Source of the DNA: Planctomyces sp. SH-PL62
GTDB taxonomy: Bacteria; Planctomycetota; Planctomycetia; Planctomycetales; Planctomycetaceae
DNA: 64,000 nucleotides
Assembly: GCA_945893045.1 (NCBI GenBank)
Contig: CAMDEA010000004.1
Span: 40,717-104,716 of the forward strand
Direction: 5' to 3'
The notes under the pieces are model-generated. The model was given only the letters and a program-made list of their open reading frames with translations, was not told the origin of the DNA and did no database searches. Shown here piece by piece: positions 17,951 through 25,885 of the stretch. The first letter of the stretch is position 1. Every line of letters begins with the position of its first letter. The position numbers were made by a program, and so were the translations under genes.

Positions 17951-20900
17951 ATGAAGCTGGCCAGCATTCCCGTTTGCTTTCTGATGCTCCTCGCGTGTGG
18001 GCGGGCGGATGAGATTTCGTTTGAACGAGACATTCGACCGATCCTCTCTGCACGCTGCGTTGCCTGTCATGGTGCGAACAAACAAAAAGGGGAGTTGCGA
18101 CTGGATGCGAAGCGCTTGGCTCTGCGTGGTGGTGAGAGCGGCCCGGTCATCGTCCCAGGCAAGAGCGGCGAGAGTCTGTTGTGGCGACGAGTCTCCAGCA
18201 CGAACGATGACGAACGGATGCCGCCGGACGGGAAGCCGCTCACGGCCGAACAACTTGCGGCGTTGAAAGCGTGGATTGATGCCGGAGCAGTCTGGCCGGA
18301 ATCGGACGCGGATCGAGCGGCGGCGAACGACAAGCGGCGCGAGCATTGGGCCTGGCAGCCGATCCAACGAATGACGCCGCCGAACAACGAACATCCGATT
18401 GATACGATTCTCAAAACGAAACTTCATGCCAACGGATTGACGATGTCGCCGGAGGCCGATCGCCGCACGTTGATTCGACGGCTGACGTTTGATCTGCTCG
18501 GACTGCCACCGACGCCGGAAGAGGTTGAAGCGTTCGCCAGCGATCGTGATCCGCAGGCTTACGAAAAACTCGTCGATCGGTTGCTCGATTCGCCGCATTA
18601 CGGCGAGCGATGGGCGCGGCATTGGTTGGACATCGCTCATTACGCCGACACGCATGGCTTCGAGCGTGATCAGCGGCGCGATAATGCGTGGCGTTATCGC
18701 GACTGGGTGATCCGGGCGCTCAACGCCGACAAGCCCTACAACGATTTCTTGCGCGACCAAATCGCCGGCGACGTGCTGCGGCCCAACGATCCCGAGGCTG
18801 TCATCGCCACCGGATTCCTCGCGGCGGGTCCGTGGGATTTCGTCGGGCAGGCGGAGACTCCCAGTCCGGTGCTGAAGCGATTGGCTCGCGCGGACGATCT
18901 CGACGACATGCTGACGCAGGTGATGACGGCGGCGTGCGGAGTCACGATCAACTGTGCTCGGTGTCACGACCACAAGCTCGATCCAATTTCGCAGCGCGAG
19001 TATTACGGTCTGTCAGCCGTCTTCGCGGGAGTGAAGCGCGGCGAGCGTGAAGTCAGCGCGATCGAAGTCCGAGACCTTGCCGCTCGCAAGCAAGCATTGA
19101 ACGCCGAGCTGCAACAGGTTCGTACCGAACAGGCGAAGCTCAGCGGCCGGCATTTCGATCTGGCGGACATCGTCGGCGGTGGCGATGGACTCGGCACTGG
19201 CAAGCTGGGCGAGGGCATTGACCTGATCACCGGCAAGCCTCAGTCGGCGAAGCGAGGTTTCCTCGAAGGAGCCAAGCCAAACATCTTCGCACGCTCGACA
19301 GCGAAGTTTGTGGACGGAGTCGTCATCCCCGACCTCTCGCCGGAAGGAACGCAAATCTCTTCGACCGGCCTGAAGGTGATGAAACCGCCGCGCACGTCGG
19401 GACAAGCGTGGGACGCGATTCGCTTCGGCCCGGTGAACTCGCACTTCTCGACGAAGCTCGACGGTGTCGATTACGCGGCCGACGGTCACACGCTGCTGTC
19501 GCTGCACGCCAACGCGGCCATCACGTTTGATCTCGCCGCGCTGCGCGAAGCGGGTGCGCCCGCCGAAATGAAATTCACCGCGACGGCCGGGTACTTCGGT
19601 CAGACACCCAAGAACGGCGCGAGCTACTTCGTGTACGTCGATGGCGAACTGAAGGCCAATCAGAAAAACATCGGCCGAGACGACGGCGGCCTCGCGGTCG
19701 ATGTGGTGCTTCCGTCCCCCGCGAGGTTTCTCACATTGATGTCCACCGACGGCGGCAACGGCATCGGGCACGACCAGATTTGTTTCGCCGACCCCTGGCT
19801 GGTCGCCGCTCAACCGCCACCGCTGTCCGATGCCGACAAAGTTCAGCTTGCGCGTCTGCAACAACGTCGCGCAGAACTGGAGAAGGAACTCGCGGCGTTC
19901 CCCGTCCCAACGAAGGTCTATGCCGTCATCACCGAAACTCCGCCGCCGGTAAAGCTGCTGAAACGAGGCGATCCCGAACAACCGGCGGACGAGGTTTCAC
20001 CAACATCGCTGTCGTGCGTCAGCGGTCTGAAGCCGGAACTCGGTACGTTGCAGTCGTCCGACGGCGAACGACGCAAGGCTTTCGCCGATTGGATCACGTC
20101 CCCTGCGAATCCGCTGACTCGCCGAGTCATCGTGAATCGGCTGTGGCATTACCACTTCGGGGCCGGCCTCGTGGAAACACCCAGCGACTTCGGACTCGGC
20201 GGCAGTCAGCCATCGCATCCAGAGTTGCTCGATTGGCTGGCCGACGAGTTGCTCGCCCAGCGCTGGTCGCTGAAAGCCATCCATCGCCTGATCTGCACGA
20301 GCGCGGCGTATCGCCAGGAGTCGAGTCGCCGAACTCGTGAGAGTTCGGTGACTGGACGCGGAAACGGAAGTCTCACGACTTCCGCTACGACACAGGCCAT
20401 TGCCATCGACGCCAACAACCGCCTCCTCTGGCGAATGAACCCGTGCCGGTTGGATGCCGAGTCTTTGCGAGACTCGGTGCTGTCCGTGAGCGGCAAGCTC
20501 AACGCGACGATGTTCGGCCCCGGCTATCGCGACTTCGAGTACCAAGAGGAGTACGCCCCGGTCTATCGCTACATCACACCCGACTCGCCCGACCTGTGGC
20601 GGCGCAGTGTCTATCGCTTCGCCGTGCGGACGACGACCCATCAATTTCTGACGACGCTCGATTGTCCAAGTCCCGCGAACCTGGTCCCCGCTCGCAACAC
20701 GACGACCACGGCGCTGCAATCGCTGACGTTGCTCAACAACGATTTCATGCTGCGTCAGAGCGGCTACTTCGCCGACCGCGTGAAGGCCAATGCGGGAACA
20801 GAGCCGACCGCGCAAGTGGCTCGCGCGTTCCAACTGGCTTTCGGTCGCAAGCCGACTTCGGTGGAGACCGCTGCCGCCGTGTCGCTCGTGCAAGGACGCG

Positions 20901-20959
20901 ATCTCACCCAACTCTGTCGAATGCTTTTGAACGCCAACGAGTTTGTGTATGTGGACTGA
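17951..20959 (+). CDS. PSCyt1 / DUF1549 / NPCBM-like / DUF1553 protein
   Basis: Signal peptide MKLASIPVCFLMLLACGRA. Motifs FERDIRPILSARCVACHGANKQKGELRLD, RRLTFDLLGLPPT, CARCHDHKLDP. Inserted NPCBM-like block HANAAITFDLAAL..FVYVDGEL..FLTLMSTDGGNGIGHDQICFADPWL. C-terminal NPLTRRVIVNRLWHYHFGAG, HPELLDWLA. Confidence 0.92.
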   Translation: MKLASIPVCFLMLLACGRADEISFERDIRPILSARCVACHGANKQKGELRLDAKRLALRGGESGPVIVPGKSGESLLWRRVSSTNDDERMPPDGKPLTAEQLAALKAWIDAGAVWPESDADRAAANDKRREHWAWQPIQRMTPPNNEHPIDTILKTKLHANGLTMSPEADRRTLIRRLTFDLLGLPPTPEEVEAFASDRDPQAYEKLVDRLLDSPHYGERWARHWLDIAHYADTHGFERDQRRDNAWRYRDWVIRALNADKPYNDFLRDQIAGDVLRPNDPEAVIATGFLAAGPWDFVGQAETPSPVLKRLARADDLDDMLTQVMTAACGVTINCARCHDHKLDPISQREYYGLSAVFAGVKRGEREVSAIEVRDLAARKQALNAELQQVRTEQAKLSGRHFDLADIVGGGDGLGTGKLGEGIDLITGKPQSAKRGFLEGAKPNIFARSTAKFVDGVVIPDLSPEGTQISSTGLKVMKPPRTSGQAWDAIRFGPVNSHFSTKLDGVDYAADGHTLLSLHANAAITFDLAALREAGAPAEMKFTATAGYFGQTPKNGASYFVYVDGELKANQKNIGRDDGGLAVDVVLPSPARFLTLMSTDGGNGIGHDQICFADPWLVAAQPPPLSDADKVQLARLQQRRAELEKELAAFPVPTKVYAVITETPPPVKLLKRGDPEQPADEVSPTSLSCVSGLKPELGTLQSSDGERRKAFADWITSPANPLTRRVIVNRLWHYHFGAGLVETPSDFGLGGSQPSHPELLDWLADELLAQRWSLKAIHRLICTSAAYRQESSRRTRESSVTGRGNGSLTTSATTQAIAIDANNRLLWRMNPCRLDAESLRDSVLSVSGKLNATMFGPGYRDFEYQEEYAPVYRYITPDSPDLWRRSVYRFAVRTTTHQFLTTLDCPSPANLVPARNTTTTALQSLTLLNNDFMLRQSGYFADRVKANAGTEPTAQVARAFQLAFGRKPTSVETAAAVSLVQGRDLTQLCRMLLNANEFVYVD
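20325..20388. repeat. Double-hairpin REPIN-like element (family A) inside the DUF1553 CDS
   Basis: gtcg-CCGAACTC-gtga-GAGTTCGG-16 nt-CGGAAGTC-tcac-GACTTCCG-ctac. It has the same architecture and stems as 20980..21042 and 39582..39630. It encodes RRTRESSVTGRGNGSLTTSAT (63 nt, 20327..20389). Confidence 0.85.
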
Positions 20960-22481
20960 CTATCGTTCCAAGTCTGACCGTAGCCGAAGTCGTGAGACTT
21001 CGGGCATTCGTGAGAACACCGAACTCTCAGGAGTTCGGCTACATCAATCACGCCGCCAATTCCTCTGGGATCTCGGCGGCGGGTTCGGAAGCGTGGCGCT
21101 CGCGTCGCTGCTGCACGGCGATCGGTTGCTTGCGGCCGAGCCGATGTCGTCGAAGAACCCACTGGCGAGTCGGAAGGCTCACTTCGCGGCGAAGGCCACC
21201 AACGTTGTGCAGATTTTTTGCCCTGGGGGATTGAGTCACGTCGACACCTGGGATTACCGGCCGGAACTGGAGCGGCGACATGGCGAGGCGTTTGATGCCG
21301 AGTTGGGAAAGCAGACGTTTGCCGGTGTCGGCGGCAACTATGCCAAGAGCTTTTGGAAGTTTCGTCAGCACGGCGAGTGCGGTCGCTGGCTGAGCGATCT
21401 GTTTCCGAGGTTGGCGAGCCACGTCGGTGAGATGGCGTTCATTCACTCGATGCAGAGCAAGTCGGCGTTGCATGGGCCGGCGATGTTCATGGCCAACAGC
21501 GGGTTCATTCGCCCCGGCTTTCCGAGCATGGGGGCGTGGGTGACCTACGGACTGGGCAGCGAGAGTGAAAACTTGCCGGCGTTCGTCGTGTTGCCGGACA
21601 CGCGCGGACTCCCTCCGGGTGGATTGGCCAATTGGGCTGCGGGCTTTCTTCCTGCCGTGCATCAAGGAACGGTCATCGAGACGTCCGCCGAGCGGCCTCC
21701 GATCGCCGATCTCTTTCCGCCAGCCGATCGAAGCGTGTCACCGGACGCGGAACGAGACGGCCGCGAGTTCCTGCGAACGCTCAACGTCGCTCATGCGGAT
21801 CGGCGCGGGGATTCGTTGCTGGAAGCTCGCATTGCGGCTTACGAGTTGGCCGCGCGGTTGCAGATGAGTGCTCCCGAAGCGGTCGATCTGTCGGGCGAGA
21901 GCGCGGCGACGCTCAAACCATACGAACTTGACGACCCGGACGTCGGGCCGTTCGGGCGACAATGTTTGCTCGCGCGACGGTTGGTCGAGCGGGGCGTCCG
22001 CTTCGTGCAGATCTTCTGCGGTGCGGAGAACACGTCGTCGAAAAAGATTCGCCCAAATTGGGACAGCCACGAAGACATCGTCCGCGATCACGGCTACTGG
22101 GGCCGAGTGCTCGACACCGGAGCCAGCGCGCTCATTGCCGATTTGAAGCAGCGCGGGCTGCTCGATTCGACGCTCATCATCTGCACGTCCGAGTTCGGCC
22201 GGCAGCCGTTCATGCAAGGCTCACAGAAGGGACGTGATCACAACCCCGGCGTCTTCACCGCGTGGCTCGCCGGCGGCGGAATTCGCGGCGGCACCAGCTA
22301 CGGCACCAGCGACGACCTCGGCTGGCATGCGGCCGAGAATCCCAGCTACAGCTACGATCTGCACGCGACGGCGTTGCATCTGCTGGGGCTCGATCACGAA
22401 CAACTCAGCTTCTATCACAACGGCATCGCCCGCCGCCTGACCGACGTGCATGGCCATGTCATCCGCGATATTTTGGCGTGA
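20949..22481 (+). CDS. DUF1501 domain protein, Tat signal
   Basis: The track start is TTG 20943; ATG lies at 20949, overlapping the stop of the upstream gene (20959). Tat motif SRRQFLWDLGGGFGSVALASLL. Motifs WDYRPE, IHSMQSKSALHGPA, TSEFGRQP, GRDHNP. The start is uncertain because a REPIN (20980..21042) lies between the ATG and the Tat motif. Confidence 0.9.
   Translation: MWTDYRSKSDRSRSRETSGIRENTELSGVRLHQSRRQFLWDLGGGFGSVALASLLHGDRLLAAEPMSSKNPLASRKAHFAAKATNVVQIFCPGGLSHVDTWDYRPELERRHGEAFDAELGKQTFAGVGGNYAKSFWKFRQHGECGRWLSDLFPRLASHVGEMAFIHSMQSKSALHGPAMFMANSGFIRPGFPSMGAWVTYGLGSESENLPAFVVLPDTRGLPPGGLANWAAGFLPAVHQGTVIETSAERPPIADLFPPADRSVSPDAERDGREFLRTLNVAHADRRGDSLLEARIAAYELAARLQMSAPEAVDLSGESAATLKPYELDDPDVGPFGRQCLLARRLVERGVRFVQIFCGAENTSSKKIRPNWDSHEDIVRDHGYWGRVLDTGASALIADLKQRGLLDSTLIICTSEFGRQPFMQGSQKGRDHNPGVFTAWLAGGGIRGGTSYGTSDDLGWHAAENPSYSYDLHATALHLLGLDHEQLSFYHNGIARRLTDVHGHVIRDILA
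20980..21042. repeat. Double-hairpin REPIN-like element (family A), GTAG...CTAC termini
   Basis: GTAG-CCGAAGTC-gtga-GACTTCGG-15 nt-CCGAACTC-tcag-GAGTTCGG-CTAC. Confidence 0.9.
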
Positions 22482-22564
22482 CCTTCTGGAAGCGGCGCGC
22501 GATTCAATCAGCCGGAACGCGCTAGTGCGAGCGATCGCAAATAACCTGTCATGAAACCCCGAAA

Positions 22565-22648
22565 TTCCCACGGATGGCAGAGCAATACCACGGATGAAGA
22601 ATGAGAAGCACTGTTTTATCCGTGGTATCGCCATGCCATCCGTGGGAA
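22565..22648. repeat. Long palindrome whose arms carry tandem CCACGGAT motifs
   Basis: ttcccacggatggcagagcaataccacggat (22565..22595) against the reverse complement of atccgtggtatcgccatgccatccgtgggaa (22618..22648): 3 mismatches in 31; 22-nt loop. Confidence 0.88.
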
Positions 22649-22724
22649 GCACCGGTCCAAGATGCTCGTTCTGATCAACAGGCAGGCCAGCGGTGGTTCT
22701 GGTGGAAGGTGAATTCCAATCTGT

Positions 22725-22767
22725 GGCACTAGCGTCCGGTTCGAGCCATCCCAAACCGGGCTAGCGC
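22725..22767. repeat. Degenerate GCTAGC-centred palindrome (family E-like)
   Basis: ggcactagcgtccggtt - cgagccatcccaa - aaccgggctagcgcc. A partial copy of the loop plus right arm (ccggtt-catcccagaa-aaccggaactagcgcc) occurs at about 31129..31161. Confidence 0.55.
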
Positions 22768-22782
22768 CCTGCGGATAAACTC

Positions 22783-25700
22783 ATGAAACTCAATACGACC
22801 ATCAAGCCACAACGTGGGTTGATCCTGCTTGGTGCTCTCACGCTGCAACTCGCGCTGGCTTGGCCGAGTGCCGCGGATGACAAGCCGGCGAAGGCTGCGG
22901 CGAACGATGCGGGCTGGAAGCATTCCGGTTCAATGTGGCTGCTGACGGATCGCGAAGGGGCCGACCTTCCCGCCGGTACGAAGGTGGAACAGTTCCCGGT
23001 ACTGGTGCGACTGCATCGCGACTTCTTCGACTTCACGCAGGTGAAGCCGAATGGCGCTGACCTGCGATTCTCGTCGAGCAATGGCGAGCGTCTCGCGTTT
23101 CAGATCGAAGACTGGGACGCGACGAATGGGACCACGAGCGTTTGGGTGCGAGTGCCGCTGATCGAGGGGAACTCGCGGCAGGAGATCAAGCTGCATTGGG
23201 GCAACTCGAACGCGACCAGCGAGTCCGATGGCAAAGCCGTCTTCAATGAGTCGAACGGATACCTCAGTGTCTGGCACATGAGTAACGACGTGCGGGACGA
23301 AGTCGGGACGCTCACCAGCACCGACAACGGCACGACACCGACGGCGGGGATGATCGGAACGGCTCGGCATCTGCCCGGCGGCAAGGGTGTCTTCGGAGGC
23401 GACAAGATCCCGAACTATCCGGTCGGCGCGAGTTCTCACAGCACCGAAGCCTGGTTCCGTCCCGAGCGACCGAACACAACGCTCATCGCCTGGGGCAACG
23501 AGCAAGCTCAAGGCAAAGTCGTGATGCAGTTCCGCAGTCCGCCGCACATCCGCATGGATTGCTACTTCTCCGGCGGCAACGTCGCGAGCGACAGCCGCCT
23601 GCCGCTCGGCGATTGGACGCACGTCGTTCACACCTATCGCGAAGGGGAATCGAAGATCTATGTGAACGGCGTGCTGGAAGGGACCAACCTCAAGCAAGGC
23701 CCACCGCTTAACATCCGGACGCCGGCGCGGCTGTGGATCGGCGGCTGGTACAACAACTTTGATTTCGTCGGCGACCTCGACGAAGTCCGCGTCTCACAAG
23801 TCGTGCGTTCGGCGGATTGGATCAAGCTGCAATACGAGAATCAGAAGCCAAACCAGACGCTGGTTGGCCCAATCGTGCAGCCAGCGGATGAGTTTTCGGT
23901 TTCGCAAATGAAAGTGGAAGTCGATGAGGGCCAGTCTGTCACCGTGACGGCAAAGGCCGGAGGGGCTCAAAAAGTTTTCTGGATCTACTCCAATCCGAAG
24001 CTGCCAGCCGACTTCAAACCGGTCGTGGCCACCGATCGGTTCTCTTTCACGTTCCCTGCTGGCCGTGTCTCACACGATGCGTATCGGAAGCTGCAGTTCC
24101 AAGCGATCTACCCCAACGCGGTGAAGTCGCAAGACATCACGATCAAGATCAACGAAGCCATTCCGGAACCGGACTTCACGCTGACTGCTCCGGCAACTTG
24201 GGACGGACGACAAACGATCGAAGTTGTTCCGCGAGTCACCAATCTGGCCGAGTTGAAGGCGAAGGGCGTTGATCAATTGCAATTCAAGTGGTCAGTCAAC
24301 GATGTCGCAGTCATCAAAGAAGTGCTGCCGGGAAAGTTGATCTTAAAGCGAGCACAGGGAAGCGGGATGCTGCGCGTCGAAGTGGCCGTCAGCAACGGCG
24401 GCGGAGCGTGGTACTACGAAACCAAAAAAATCGATGTGAAGGAACCATCGCCATCGGAGGAGCCCTTTACGTTGACTCGACCGCTTACCGCCAACGAGAC
24501 ACCGGAAGACAACCAATTCATTGCTTGTGAGGGGACCGATCAGGACGGTTTTCGTTTTGGCTATTTGACCTATGCCGGGGCACTCACTGAAACAGCGAAT
24601 TCCGTCTTCGTTCGAGTCTTCGCGGACGACAAACTCTTCGCCACTCAGACAGGCAAGCCGACGGCCGAGAAGACGTATTCGTTGTCGGTGAAGCTGAAGG
24701 CGGAGTTGGTGAAATATCGCACCGAATTTGGCACGAAGACCGGCGACAAAGAGACCGTGCTGCACACCGCGAAGAACATCGTTTGCGGCGATGTGTTCCT
24801 CATCAACGGCCAGTCGAACGCCGTCGCCACCGACTTCGGCAAAGAGAACCCGCTCGCCCCCAGCGAGTGGGTCCGCACGTTCGGCGCGACAGCGAGCGAT
24901 CCCAACGGTTCGCGGCTCAAGCTGTGGGCCAATGCGGAAGCTCGCAGTCCGGGTGGCAAGTCGGAGATCGGTTATTGGGGGATGGAACTCGGACGCCGCC
25001 TCTCCGAGCAACACCAGATTCCGATCTGCCTCATCAACGGAGCGGTCGGCGGCACGCGCATCGACCAGCATCAACGCAACAACGCCGATCCCACCGATGT
25101 CAGCACGATCTACGGCCGGCTGCTGTGGCGAATCCAACAAGCCAAGCTGACTCACGGCATCCGCGCCATCCTCTGGCATCAAGGGGAGAACGATCAAGGT
25201 GCCGACGGCCCGACCGGCGGCTATGGCTATGAAACCTATCGCCAGTTCTTCGTCGATCTCTCCGCCAGTTGGAAAGAAGATTTTCCCAACATCGAGCGTT
25301 ACTACGTCTTTCAGATTTGGCCGAAGTCCTGCGCGATGGGGATCAACGGCTCGGACAACCGCCTGCGTGAAGTGCAGCGCACGCTGCCAAAACTGTTCTC
25401 GAACCTCAGCGTGATGTCGACGCTCGGCATCAAACCACCCGGCGGCTGCCACTTCCCGGCAGCCGGTTACGCCGAGTTCGCTCGGCTGCTGAACCCGTTG
25501 ATCGACGCCCAGCTTTATCACCGCCACAGCGATGGCCCCCTCACACCGCCGAACTTGCAGCGCGCCTTCTTCACGACCGAACAACGCGACGAACTCGTCT
25601 TGGAATTCGATTCCCAAATCGTCTGGTCCGACGCGCTGACCAGCCAGTTCCATTTGGACGGAGAACCCAAGTCCGTCGCGTCCGGTTCCGCGAACGGAAC

Positions 25701-25845
25701 CTGCCTCACGTTGAAGTTGAAGAACCCCTCGCAGGCGAAGACCGTGACCTATCTCGATAGCGCCAATTGGAACCCGGACAACCTGCTCTACGGCAAGAAC
25801 GGCCTCGCCGCGCTGACGTTCTGCGAAGTGGCAATCGACGACTAG
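22783..25845 (+). CDS. Secreted DUF2341 + LamG + sialate O-acetylesterase-like (SGNH/CE6-type) fusion protein
   Basis: Signal peptide MKLNTTIKPQRGLILLGALTLQLALAWPSAA. DUF2341-like GADLRFSSSNGERLAFQIEDWDATNGTTSVWVRVP..IKLHWGN. LamG WTHVVHTY..KIYVNGV..LDEVRVSQVVRSADWI. Esterase part GDVFLINGQSNAV, INGAVGGTRI, ILWHQGENDQ. Confidence 0.88.
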   Translation: MKLNTTIKPQRGLILLGALTLQLALAWPSAADDKPAKAAANDAGWKHSGSMWLLTDREGADLPAGTKVEQFPVLVRLHRDFFDFTQVKPNGADLRFSSSNGERLAFQIEDWDATNGTTSVWVRVPLIEGNSRQEIKLHWGNSNATSESDGKAVFNESNGYLSVWHMSNDVRDEVGTLTSTDNGTTPTAGMIGTARHLPGGKGVFGGDKIPNYPVGASSHSTEAWFRPERPNTTLIAWGNEQAQGKVVMQFRSPPHIRMDCYFSGGNVASDSRLPLGDWTHVVHTYREGESKIYVNGVLEGTNLKQGPPLNIRTPARLWIGGWYNNFDFVGDLDEVRVSQVVRSADWIKLQYENQKPNQTLVGPIVQPADEFSVSQMKVEVDEGQSVTVTAKAGGAQKVFWIYSNPKLPADFKPVVATDRFSFTFPAGRVSHDAYRKLQFQAIYPNAVKSQDITIKINEAIPEPDFTLTAPATWDGRQTIEVVPRVTNLAELKAKGVDQLQFKWSVNDVAVIKEVLPGKLILKRAQGSGMLRVEVAVSNGGGAWYYETKKIDVKEPSPSEEPFTLTRPLTANETPEDNQFIACEGTDQDGFRFGYLTYAGALTETANSVFVRVFADDKLFATQTGKPTAEKTYSLSVKLKAELVKYRTEFGTKTGDKETVLHTAKNIVCGDVFLINGQSNAVATDFGKENPLAPSEWVRTFGATASDPNGSRLKLWANAEARSPGGKSEIGYWGMELGRRLSEQHQIPICLINGAVGGTRIDQHQRNNADPTDVSTIYGRLLWRIQQAKLTHGIRAILWHQGENDQGADGPTGGYGYETYRQFFVDLSASWKEDFPNIERYYVFQIWPKSCAMGINGSDNRLREVQRTLPKLFSNLSVMSTLGIKPPGGCHFPAAGYAEFARLLNPLIDAQLYHRHSDGPLTPPNLQRAFFTTEQRDELVLEFDSQIVWSDALTSQFHLDGEPKSVASGSANGTCLTLKLKNPSQAKTVTYLDSANWNPDNLLYGKNGLAALTFCEVAIDD

Positions 25846-25885
25846 AGGTTGAACCACCATACTGGGAATTCCCATTCGTGAATTT

